Assembly: GCA_000004985.1 (NCBI GenBank)
Contig: GG738907.1
DNA from: Naegleria gruberi
Taxonomy: Eukaryota
DNA length: 64,000 nucleotides
Direction: 5' to 3' (one strand)
Shown here piece by piece: positions 32,523-42,100 of the stretch. Each line of letters opens with the position of its first letter. The stretch's first letter is position 1. The position numbers and the translations under genes are program-made. The notes beneath the pieces were generated by a model. It was not told the origin of the DNA and ran no database searches. It worked only from the letters and a program-made list of their open reading frames with translations.

Positions 32523-34733
32523 ATGTGCCAAATCATGATGAGGAGTACTAGTTTCGAAGAAGAAGAGGAAACATCTGATGAGGAACAACAAGAACATACC
32601 AGTCCTATTCATGCTGATGAAGAAGAAACTGCTGAACAAAGTTCCTCCGAAGATGAAGAAGAAGAAATTATGCTAGCAGAAGATGACGATTTATTAACCC
32701 AACAGAATAATCACCATCAGCATCACCCTAACGAAGAAGAAGAAGAAGAGGATTTAAATAATCAACAAGAAGAAGCAGCACCAATTATTGAAGAAGAACA
32801 GGAGGATGAAGATTCCGATTCAACTAAATTATCATCACCTGTTATTAGTACTCATCATAATAATCAACACAACACATCTACAGCTAATAGCAGTAGTGGT
32901 GCTGCTGAGGAATCCATTCAAATTGATGAAGATGATTTAGAGACGCTGAGAAGGGATGATCATATGGAAAATGGTCTTTTGGAATGCGATGAGGAGATGG
33001 ACTACTTGTTGAATGATGAGAAGATCATGATGCCACAAACACCTCTGCTCATTAATAATGATAATTTTACGACGCCAAATAGTGCTGGATCTGTAACTGT
33101 GGCTATGCCTTTTTTGGATGATGTGGATGGTTGTGTGGAATCAAAACCATTGAATGAGAACGAAATAGAGTGTAAATTAGAATGTAATATAGTAACAACA
33201 GAGGAAGTATCAGAGAAAGAAAATGTAGAATTGGCCACTGAGAGCTCAGTTCTACAGATGAATCAGCCAATTGCACATAACTCTGAGAGTTTAATCGAGA
33301 ATCGTCAAACAATTTCTATTGCAGATGAGCAAATGAATGTTTTAGTGATGGAAGATGATCAGATTGTTGTGAATCAAGAAGTAATAGAGAAACCATCTCT
33401 AATTCAACAACAGGAAACCCAACCAAATAACACAGATATCATCTCATCAATTAATTTGGATGAAGATTTAGATATTGAAATGATTAATGACTTCCTGCAA
33501 TCAGAAAAGGGAGCCGATTTGTGTGAAGAACATTCAAAGGAAAATTCCCCTCATGGAGACTCTATCAGTAATCAGAGTATGAATGATTCTTGGAATACCA
33601 ATTACACCACCGATAGTTTAGGTTCAACAATGCACCATCGACAACCAATGCAAGGTTGTACTCCATTGATATCGAGAAAGAACTTTAATCATCATGCTCA
33701 AAGTATTCCACTGGAAGACTTGCTGCAAAATTATGATCATCGAATTGAGTACTCTACATTGGAAATGCTTATTAAGGAGCTTGAGGGAATAGGTGTTTAT
33801 ACAGTCAATAGTTTACCGCTAGTGCCAAAGAAACATATAATGGCTCTTCCAGGTATGGATGATAGATTGTATGAAAATTTGATGGATTCTGCTCAAAGCT
33901 TGGATCCTTCTCAATCCTTTGGATTTTCCACAGCAACACAATTTCTGCACGAGTTTCACACCAAAAGATACAAGGTCACTACTGGATGCACTGCTTTTGA
34001 TGAGTTGATTGGTGGTGGTTTTGAATCCTCCTCAGTGAGTGAACTTTTTGGAGAGTCTAGCTGTGGTAAAACTCAAGTGTGTTTCACACTCTGTTTAACT
34101 GCACAACTACCACTAACTGAAGATGGTCCCTCTGGAAAGGTTTTGTACGTGGATACAATGGGAACATTTAATCCGAGTAGAATTCAGAGTATTGCAGAAA
34201 GATTTTCTAAAGATGATGAGAGAATGACCACCCTCTTCATGAATAATATTTTGAAAGAAAGAATTTATACATCAGATCAATTATTTTCAAATCTCAATAG
34301 AATTACAACTCTTTTGAAAAGTAATAAGGGAAAACCATTCAAATTGATTATTGTTGATAGTGCTGTCAGTGTTTTCAGGTCTGAATATAAGGGAAAGGAT
34401 GAAATCAACATTCGTCAACAATACTTGTTAAAATATTTGGATTCTCTGAACAAACTAGCTGAACAATTTAATATTGCCATAGTAATTACCAATCAAGTTA
34501 TGGACACATTCGATAAGCCACTAATGTACTCACCTTACAAACAAAATACTTCATCTACCATTAAACCAGTTGGAGGACATATTATGGGTCACACCATTCC
34601 AACAAGAATCCAACTTTGTAGAGAGAAGCAGAAGAGAATTGCCAAAGTATTTAAATCTTCAACCAGGCCAGAAGGTGTCTGCAACTTTTCAATACAAGCA
34701 ACAGGTATAACAGATTATGAAGATGTAGACTAG
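32523..34733 (+). CDS. Rad51 paralog (RecA-fold ATPase) with ~430-aa acidic N-terminal extension
   Basis: The C-terminal region TTGCTAFDELIGGGFESSSVSELFGESSCGKTQVCFTLCLTAQLP...GKVLYVDTMGTFNPSRIQSIAERF matches the Rad51 Walker A block [24 protein letters not shown]...GKAMYIDTEGTFRPERL..IAERF. A Walker B-like LIIVDSAVSVFR follows, and an HhH-like segment LEMLIKELEGIGVYTVNSL precedes. The N-terminal half is E/D-rich low complexity. Confidence 0.65.
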   Translation: MCQIMMRSTSFEEEEETSDEEQQEHTSPIHADEEETAEQSSSEDEEEEIMLAEDDDLLTQQNNHHQHHPNEEEEEEDLNNQQEEAAPIIEEEQEDEDSDSTKLSSPVISTHHNNQHNTSTANSSSGAAEESIQIDEDDLETLRRDDHMENGLLECDEEMDYLLNDEKIMMPQTPLLINNDNFTTPNSAGSVTVAMPFLDDVDGCVESKPLNENEIECKLECNIVTTEEVSEKENVELATESSVLQMNQPIAHNSESLIENRQTISIADEQMNVLVMEDDQIVVNQEVIEKPSLIQQQETQPNNTDIISSINLDEDLDIEMINDFLQSEKGADLCEEHSKENSPHGDSISNQSMNDSWNTNYTTDSLGSTMHHRQPMQGCTPLISRKNFNHHAQSIPLEDLLQNYDHRIEYSTLEMLIKELEGIGVYTVNSLPLVPKKHIMALPGMDDRLYENLMDSAQSLDPSQSFGFSTATQFLHEFHTKRYKVTTGCTAFDELIGGGFESSSVSELFGESSCGKTQVCFTLCLTAQLPLTEDGPSGKVLYVDTMGTFNPSRIQSIAERFSKDDERMTTLFMNNILKERIYTSDQLFSNLNRITTLLKSNKGKPFKLIIVDSAVSVFRSEYKGKDEINIRQQYLLKYLDSLNKLAEQFNIAIVITNQVMDTFDKPLMYSPYKQNTSSTIKPVGGHIMGHTIPTRIQLCREKQKRIAKVFKSSTRPEGVCNFSIQATGITDYEDVD

Positions 34734-35923
34734 ATTTATCTTTTGGTTATTGCCAATCTGAACTCAAAACCTTTTCTCCAAATAACCATACTTAATCTTT
34801 CTTAGATCACCTCTTGGGATCATCTTTGTTTTGATTAATCTTTGGAAGGTTATTCAAGTAAGCAACAATCTCTGGTACCAATTTTTCTAGTGCTTCCCCT
34901 CTAAATAAATTGCATTCTTTGAATAGATTTCTGATAAGTATTGGTCGCTGAGAAAGTAAGTGTTTAGAATATAGATAATCACTAATTCTGTCGGTAAAAA
35001 TGATTCGTCAAAAAACAGCATATTTTCCATAGTTATGGACTTCCTAACTTGACCATCTGAACTAGCTGATCATATCTAATTTTTTATTGAAATACAGCCC
35101 GGTAATGACACTCTTACATTTTTCTCTTCCAACGTCCTTAATAATGTATTTCTTTGCTTTTTAGGTAATTTTCCTCTGTTTTTCCTATTAGCTCAATATT
35201 AAAGCAATTTCAATAATATCCATTTTTCATTTCATTTGGCAAATAAGGATAACTTTTAGGATCCAAAGCAACCAACTTTTTAACAATTTTCTTATCTGAT
35301 AAAACCTCTCCAAAAAAGAGATCGTCTTTTTCAGGGTGTTGTTTAGCTCTGTTTCTTAATCCTCCATAGAGAATCGAACTTGTCACTCTCTATCACTATT
35401 GATCTCTTATCGATCGTCCAGTATGTAGTAATACCACTAACCATCACAGTCCTCGTTGTTTTAATTGCTGGCTTCCTGTGGGCTCTAATTATTCAATTAA
35501 TCAAATAATAATAATAAATTGTAAAAGAAAATAAAAATCAATTTAAAAAAAAATGTCTTCTTAGGGAACAAGGATTTTGTTGAAGATGCACACAAGTGGC
35601 AACAAATTATGGAAGTTGTAAAGGATATGCAGCTTCCATTCTAATGAATTATGTAAAATGAAACCTTCTAAAAACAATTCAATTTTTTAAATTCAAATAA
35701 TTATCAAAAAAATGATACGAAACGACAAGTATCTACCAATCGAGCTAGGTGATCCAATTTCCAAGTTATGGTTATTCAAACACAATTTAAAACTTTATGA
35801 TATTTGTCCCTTGTTGTTGGGATCAGAAAATGCCTTGACACACTCTCCGATCTTATTTTTCTGTAGAGGTTTGTTTCAAATGTTTAGAAGAAACTAACAA
35901 AATGTCATATTATAAAAGAAACC

Positions 35924-36868
35924 ATGTTTATTTTGAAATTATCGAGCGTGATAAACTCATGGAATAATGACAAATCAACACACTGTGAAATTGTAGAAGA
36001 ATTGATCTGGGAAGAAATCATTCCAAATAATGTAATGAAACCACCTGTGGACCAATACTCATCTTGCTATGACAAACTCTCTCAATTTATTTACTTATTG
36101 GGTGGAAGTGGCAACTTGTGGAAATTTGATTTGAAAACCAAGACATGGGCTAATATTGTAACTGTTAGGGAAATACCAATAAATCAAACTGGTCATTCAA
36201 TCATGTATACTAATGGAAAGTTGTATGTTTATGGAGGAAAGTATATGGGCTATTCATGTCTGAATGATTTTTATGAGCTAGATTTGCAGACTAAAGTGTG
36301 GAAAGAACTGAAATATGAAAGTGTTAAACGGTCAGGCTCTAGCATGAACTCTTATTTTTCTAACACTAATGGGTTTAGTATATATAATTTGGAGAAGAGG
36401 AAGTGGTCAGGATGTTTTCATATTTTTCACAACTTTAATTTCAATACTAGAATGTGGAATAGCAAATCATATCAATCATATAACTACTATGATCCAATTT
36501 GCATTTGTTGGCAAGATTCTACAAGATTCAACAATATATTGAACAATAGTTTTTACATTCTTTATCAGGATTCTGGATATTTTGATTCAGAAAACGAGGT
36601 CTATGTACATGGAGAGAACCAATATTTATATGAGTTTGATGGAGATAGGGAACAACTAATTACTCACCCAGTTTCGAAAGAATTGAATTATCGCTTGAAA
36701 GGAGGGGCATTTATGAAAATGTTCAATAATACCATAATTGTGATTGGTTCAAGTGAATTATATCTTTTAAAAGTTAAAGAGAAATCTACAAATAATTTGG
36801 ATTTTTTCCTTAATAATCTAAAAGCAAGAAAGAACTTTGTGGATTTGTCATTTATTTACACTCATTAA
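35924..36868 (+). CDS. Kelch-repeat-like protein (possible extra 5' exon 35712..35868 joined by a 50-nt intron)
   Basis: The kelch-like blade signatures are LGGSGNLWKFDLKTKTWANI and KLYVYGGKYMGYSCLNDFYELDLQTKVWKEL. The upstream ORF 35712..35897 could splice to this one (ag|gtttgt ... aaaag|aa) in frame. That link is unverified. Confidence 0.4.
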   Translation: MFILKLSSVINSWNNDKSTHCEIVEELIWEEIIPNNVMKPPVDQYSSCYDKLSQFIYLLGGSGNLWKFDLKTKTWANIVTVREIPINQTGHSIMYTNGKLYVYGGKYMGYSCLNDFYELDLQTKVWKELKYESVKRSGSSMNSYFSNTNGFSIYNLEKRKWSGCFHIFHNFNFNTRMWNSKSYQSYNYYDPICICWQDSTRFNNILNNSFYILYQDSGYFDSENEVYVHGENQYLYEFDGDREQLITHPVSKELNYRLKGGAFMKMFNNTIIVIGSSELYLLKVKEKSTNNLDFFLNNLKARKNFVDLSFIYTH

Positions 36869-37117
36869 TAAGGCAAAGGAAATGGGTTTCTACCACCGCT
36901 TCTCTCAACAACAATTTGAGGAACGAACTTGTTTGGTATAGTTTTCAGTTAGATCAAACTGAAAAAGTTTATTTGAAGAAAATGAACAACTGATCTAGAC
37001 AATAGAGCTCTTCCAAAAAATCCAAATTTTCATATCATCTTTGATTTCATTGTAATAGATTGATCTTTCCGTCATCATAAAAGAACAGAAAAAAAAATAT
37101 CAACAACAACCTATTAA

Positions 37118-37822
37118 ATGATCGTCTTTGATTTTATTGCCGATTTGATCTATGAAAAAGTCTTTCGATTTTTCTATTCAATTTATGATAATTTCCGACC
37201 ACAGAAAAAGTTTTATTGCTATTCTTTTGGAATGAAGGATACAACGCAAAGCCATTCGTATGATGGCAACTTAATTACGATAAAGGAAATAAGTCGTCTC
37301 CTCCACCGATCGAATGATATCATAGATAATCCTGATGATCCGAAGAATATCTATATCAACCAAATAGAATATAGGAATTTCTATTTGCAGGATTGTTGTG
37401 TTGATTATTTATCGAAACAATATTTGTATCCGTATTACATGAGAGGAACCGAAGGAATAATTATTGGTATTTCTTGTAACAAGAAAGAAGATATTGAAAA
37501 AACACTAACTACAAAACATCAGGTTTCATTGTTTGATATGGTGAAAATTGCAAAGTGTGACGATCGATTGCCCTTGCCATCTAATATGCATTTACTTTCA
37601 TGTTCTAGCGTACCTGAAAGGAAGAAGGATTTTAGACCAATATTGTTTTTCATTCATTCGGTAGAAAGAAAGGATGTAATTATACAGATCAAATCGATTA
37701 TTGAGAGAGTTATCGAGGATACTGGATATGAAACACATAATACCATGATAGTAGTTCATTCGGATGAGGAAAGTAATTTCTATGAGGGTTTGGAATGGCT
37801 TTTTGAAAAGAGATCTGATTAA
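37118..37822 (+). CDS. Degenerate small-GTPase-like protein (probable pseudo-GTPase)
   Basis: A 234-aa ORF opening with ATG. The segment NQIEYRNFYLQDCCVDYLSKQYLYPYYMRGTEGIIIGISCNKKED follows the Ras-superfamily switch II/G3 layout (IWDTAGQERF...YYRGA.GII.VYD.T). Here DTAGQE is replaced by QDCCVD. No P-loop GxxxxGK(S/T) is present and the NKxD box is degenerate (HSVERKD). Confidence 0.4.
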   Translation: MIVFDFIADLIYEKVFRFFYSIYDNFRPQKKFYCYSFGMKDTTQSHSYDGNLITIKEISRLLHRSNDIIDNPDDPKNIYINQIEYRNFYLQDCCVDYLSKQYLYPYYMRGTEGIIIGISCNKKEDIEKTLTTKHQVSLFDMVKIAKCDDRLPLPSNMHLLSCSSVPERKKDFRPILFFIHSVERKDVIIQIKSIIERVIEDTGYETHNTMIVVHSDEESNFYEGLEWLFEKRSD

Positions 37823-38015
37823 TTTTTTCAAAATCTAAAGATCAAATTCACTGTACTTGAGAAGGATATTGTGGCCTTTAGGTAGAATAGTTTGAGTGTT
37901 TCAACAAAGGAGTAAAGCTATTGAAAACAACCCAATATGACTCATCAATACATTAATTGAATAAATCATTATGTTTGCCCAACATATTTAGTTTATTTTC
38001 CTTTCCATTTAAAAA

Positions 38016-39206
38016 ATGTCTCAAATGCTAGAGGAAGATTTTACAGAGGAAGGAGGAGAATTAAATCTTCAACATGATGAGCTTCAAGAACACAATAATA
38101 ACGATACAATAATCAAACAATTATCACCATCATCCGAATATATTGATTTAAATACATCCACTCTAAAACCTCTTCATCGTTACCTTTTAATTGGCTTTGT
38201 TACATTTCTCGTCTTGATATTCTTCGGATCATTGATGGGAGTGATCATCAAGAATCGGAAGAAACTCAGACAAAGTGGTTTGACCTTTCCACAGCCTACC
38301 TATACTCCAAGTGATGATAAATTACATTTTCTAGTGATTGGAGATTTTGGTAGAGAAAACGATGCTCAGAGGAAGGTTGCCAATTCAATGGGTGAATATT
38401 GCAAGGAGAATGATGGTTGTGATTTTGTGGTTGGAGTTGGGGATAATATCTATCAGAGTGGAGTTGAGTCTATTTATGATGAACAGTTTAAAACCAAGTT
38501 TGAAGATATTTACAATCATAAAGCATTGGAAGATTTGGATTTTTACATGATTTTGGGTAATCATGATTATAGGAATGATGTAAAGGCACAGATTCTGTAT
38601 ACTCAATTGAGCAAAAGGTGGAAAATGTTGGATTTCTTCTATGAAATTAACAAAAAGTCGAGATTGGGAGGATTTGATCTCAATTTACTTTTCACAGATA
38701 CCAATCCATTCCACTTTTTATTCTTTTTGGATCCATTGACTAACAAGACTGTCATTAATGAACAGGCCAAGAGAATTCCAGAACAAATGGAATGGCTCAA
38801 GAGCAAGTTGAGAAAGCCAAAAGGAGACGATCAATGGACCATTGTGGCAGGTCATTCACCAGTTTATTCTGCCTCCCAACACTACGATTCTCAACCATTA
38901 ATCCAAAACTTTGAACCTCTATTTAGAGAATACAGAGTCCCACTCTATTTGTGTGGGCACGATCACCAGTTGGGTTGGATGGCAAATAGAGAAATAATCA
39001 ATTCAAGAGAGCAAACTCAATATATTATTTCAGGTGCTGCTGGTGGATCCATCTATAGAACAATCAAGTACAATCCCAACTTGTTTAATTATTATGTGGG
39101 AGAGGGTGGATTCTACTCTGTAGAAGTTCAACATGATTTCATCTTTGTAATAGCCCTTAATGAAAATGGAGAAGAGATTTACAAGTTCAGAATTGACAAA
39201 CAATGA
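38016..39206 (+). CDS. Tartrate-resistant (type 5) acid phosphatase-like metallophosphoesterase, N-terminal membrane anchor
   Basis: LHFLVIGDFGRENDAQRKVANSMGEYCKENDGCDFVVGVGDNIYQSGV...YMILGNHDYRNDVKAQILYTQLSKRWKM...AGHSPVYS...CGHDHQLGW is collinear with the ACP5 motifs GDWGG...GDNFY...GNHD...GHYPVWS...GHDH. The N-terminal TM is LLIGFVTFLVLIFFGSLMGVII. Confidence 0.75.
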   Translation: MSQMLEEDFTEEGGELNLQHDELQEHNNNDTIIKQLSPSSEYIDLNTSTLKPLHRYLLIGFVTFLVLIFFGSLMGVIIKNRKKLRQSGLTFPQPTYTPSDDKLHFLVIGDFGRENDAQRKVANSMGEYCKENDGCDFVVGVGDNIYQSGVESIYDEQFKTKFEDIYNHKALEDLDFYMILGNHDYRNDVKAQILYTQLSKRWKMLDFFYEINKKSRLGGFDLNLLFTDTNPFHFLFFLDPLTNKTVINEQAKRIPEQMEWLKSKLRKPKGDDQWTIVAGHSPVYSASQHYDSQPLIQNFEPLFREYRVPLYLCGHDHQLGWMANREIINSREQTQYIISGAAGGSIYRTIKYNPNLFNYYVGEGGFYSVEVQHDFIFVIALNENGEEIYKFRIDKQ

Positions 39207-39489
39207 GAGCAATTGAATTATTGTAATGAAACAATCTAGTCCGTAAGAATAATGATGAACTTGTTTACTCAAAACACTTTTTAAATGTTCTGGTTGACTT
39301 TAGTGATGGCAAGTTACCGACACTGGTCCACTCTCACTTGAGAATGGTTATCAGGTCAAGTTGGAGTTCAACGTTATTAAAGGAGGAGTAGGACTATTGG
39401 TTGGAGATAAGGGTGTCAATACCGGCATTCTCAAGATGGAATAAAGTATTTCAATTATTCCAAAATATTAAAAAACATTACAAAAAAAA

Positions 39490-41763
39490 ATGATTAAACA
39501 AACCTCTTTCTACGCTTGCGGAAAGGGTTTTTTTCAAGATTGTTTGCCCACTTGTTGTTCATCAAATACCACAAAACTACCAACAAGTGCAACATCGGGA
39601 ATTAGTGAATTGACCAAAATCAAACTTTTCGATCATTTGTTTCATGGTGACGAAGAATTGATCAAGATTGAAATTAAAGGCTTGAATATGATCATGCTCA
39701 CCAAGTCAGGCTCTGTCTATTTTACCAATTCCATGATTAGATATCCATCCCAATTCACTCTTCCGAATAATAATGATGAAAATCATGCTCGGATATTTAT
39801 TGATTGTTCTTTAGCAACGAGTCATGCATTGTTTTTGACGAGGGAAGGACACGTCTATTCATGGAATTTGAAAAAGAAGACTTTGGATGATTGGAGTGGC
39901 ATCAAGAAAGTGGAACATAGCTTTGATTGTAGGATTTTGAGAGTTTTGGCATTTGATAATGGTCAATCGTACTTTATTGGGTTGAATATGAAAGTTTATA
40001 TGAGTGAAGGTGGAGGATTACCAAAAATTATTGATATTCGAAAGATTCAACTGTGTGAAGAGAAGGCATTTGTGTTTGGCTGTGACAAAGAAGAGCAATA
40101 TTTCAAAAAGTTAGATAGAGTGAGAGTGACCAATTATCATGAGGTTGACCAGTCAGATGAGAATATTTTTCTGGTGGGAGAGGTTTATACTTACAGATAC
40201 GAAATGGGAAGTTTTGTTTGCTTCAATGTATCGAATGGTGAAAAAATTGTGGACATGTCATGTTCTAATAACCATATGATTATCGCAACAAATCAGAATA
40301 GACTTTTGGCCATGGGACATAATATATCAGGTCAACTAGGTGCCAAGCATTTTAATACCATGTTTTATAATGATAATTGTGAGATGATTCTGCCATTTGA
40401 AAGAGAGGAAGATGATAAGATTATATTGGCTACGGATGATAATATGACCTTGGTTGCTCATACACGGTTAGTTAAGAAGCAATACATGAATTATCCATCT
40501 CTTTTTAAAAATATTGAGAGCTTGACAGTTGGAAATTTCATTCCATTGATTGAGTTGATCTCCAAGGATTGCTCAAATTTGATTAAGAATGACAATTTTC
40601 AATCCTCTCTCAATGTGGAAGAAAAACAGTTATTTATCAAATTGTTGGAATTTTTTTCTTTCACATTGTTTGATTTTAATTCAATTGAAGATGAAAGCTT
40701 CACAGATTTATTACATGTAGATTTTAAAAAAGATATTAAGAGTACTATAACAACTCTCTTCCTTCTCAATGACATTTCAGATATTGGCAGCAGAATTAAG
40801 GAAACTCTATTCTTAATCTTTGTAGAACAAATTAGTTTGGAAAATGTATTGGATTCATTAGAACAAATATCAAAATATTTGAGTATGAAGGTCTTGACTA
40901 ATTCCAAGACTAGTGTACTAATGGTGGCAGTTAAAGCATGCTTTACATTTATGAAAAAGAATTATCAATCAGTTTCTGGATTGTACAAGAATAATCCACA
41001 TTTTCAAAAGATTGACACGAAAGTGCAACAATGCAAGAATTCCTCACTTTTAGAAATTTCAATTACTTGGATTGACCCATATGAATGTAATACCCCATCT
41101 GCTGAAGTTATTAACAATCTTTACAACAAGGGAGAGTTGTCATTTATTGTGGATCATTTAGGAGAAAGGATAGTCAAGGTACACAAATCAATAATTTCCT
41201 CTAGTCCTGTGCTTGGTACATTGACTGATGATGTTTTTGGAAATTCAGATTCTGATACTTATAACATTTTTGATTTTGTAAGAAATTCACAGGATTCTGA
41301 AGAGGAAATGGTATTAAAATCGAATGCCATTGAGTTTATCTTACAGGCATGTTACATGAACATGAAATCAATTGATAATTCTGATTTTAGACAATTGATT
41401 CATGTATTCCTCATAGCACACCAATTCCAAATTGAACACATTCTAAAATATTCTGTTCACAAGCTCTTAGACCAAATGAGTGTTGATAATTTTGAAAATC
41501 TCCTCTACATTGCCTCGATGGCCGAACAAGAGGAATGGAGTACTGATTTTCTGGACCGATTGACTGTAGAATATTTGAGAAATGTGGAACCTTTACAAGT
41601 GTCATTCCAAGCTGATACTGAATTTAAGAAAAAGCTCTTGGAATACAGCAAGAGTTTCTCCAAGACAGCATCCCTTTCTGTTGCATTACCAAAACCAACA
41701 CTAGACAAATTCCACTTCTCTAGGCAGGTATTTTTCACAGCTTGTAATCTCCAAAGTTTTTAA
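39490..41763 (+). CDS. RCC1-repeat + BTB/POZ domain protein
   Basis: The RCC1-like blades are HALFLTREGHVYSWN and HMIIATNQNRLLAMGHNISGQLG. A BTB-like core (SFIVDHLGERIVKVHKSIISSSPVLGTL) sits in the C-terminal half, followed by a BACK-like helical region. Confidence 0.55.
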   Translation: MIKQTSFYACGKGFFQDCLPTCCSSNTTKLPTSATSGISELTKIKLFDHLFHGDEELIKIEIKGLNMIMLTKSGSVYFTNSMIRYPSQFTLPNNNDENHARIFIDCSLATSHALFLTREGHVYSWNLKKKTLDDWSGIKKVEHSFDCRILRVLAFDNGQSYFIGLNMKVYMSEGGGLPKIIDIRKIQLCEEKAFVFGCDKEEQYFKKLDRVRVTNYHEVDQSDENIFLVGEVYTYRYEMGSFVCFNVSNGEKIVDMSCSNNHMIIATNQNRLLAMGHNISGQLGAKHFNTMFYNDNCEMILPFEREEDDKIILATDDNMTLVAHTRLVKKQYMNYPSLFKNIESLTVGNFIPLIELISKDCSNLIKNDNFQSSLNVEEKQLFIKLLEFFSFTLFDFNSIEDESFTDLLHVDFKKDIKSTITTLFLLNDISDIGSRIKETLFLIFVEQISLENVLDSLEQISKYLSMKVLTNSKTSVLMVAVKACFTFMKKNYQSVSGLYKNNPHFQKIDTKVQQCKNSSLLEISITWIDPYECNTPSAEVINNLYNKGELSFIVDHLGERIVKVHKSIISSSPVLGTLTDDVFGNSDSDTYNIFDFVRNSQDSEEEMVLKSNAIEFILQACYMNMKSIDNSDFRQLIHVFLIAHQFQIEHILKYSVHKLLDQMSVDNFENLLYIASMAEQEEWSTDFLDRLTVEYLRNVEPLQVSFQADTEFKKKLLEYSKSFSKTASLSVALPKPTLDKFHFSRQVFFTACNLQSF

Positions 41764-42100
41764 TGCATTGGATTAAGTGATAATCACTTTGTCCAATTGG
41801 ATGACTGTTAAACAGTAGCACTCAGTGCAAGAGAGTGTGAACTTTTAATGGTACTAACAAGAAGAAATTTCTTAGAGGGTAATGAAAGCAAGAATGAAGA
41901 GTGACGATTGGCAATTCTTATATTGTTCTCTCTTTGCTTTGTACTATTATTTTCTCAGAAATTCACAATTGTTCCGATATCTTTCAGTCAACAGCAAATT
42001 CTTCATCAAAAATTTTTCATCAAATATTTTGAATAACCTCAAAAAAACGATTTTCAAATAAAATTTAAAATTATAAAATTTGGATAAAAAAATTGAAAAA

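Noticed and set aside
35712-35897. ORF 35712..35897 (61 aa) as an independent gene
   Set aside because: It is more likely a 5' exon of the kelch-like gene, joined by a 50-nt intron in frame, or it is non-coding. It is too short and carries no motif of its own, so I mention it only under the kelch feature.
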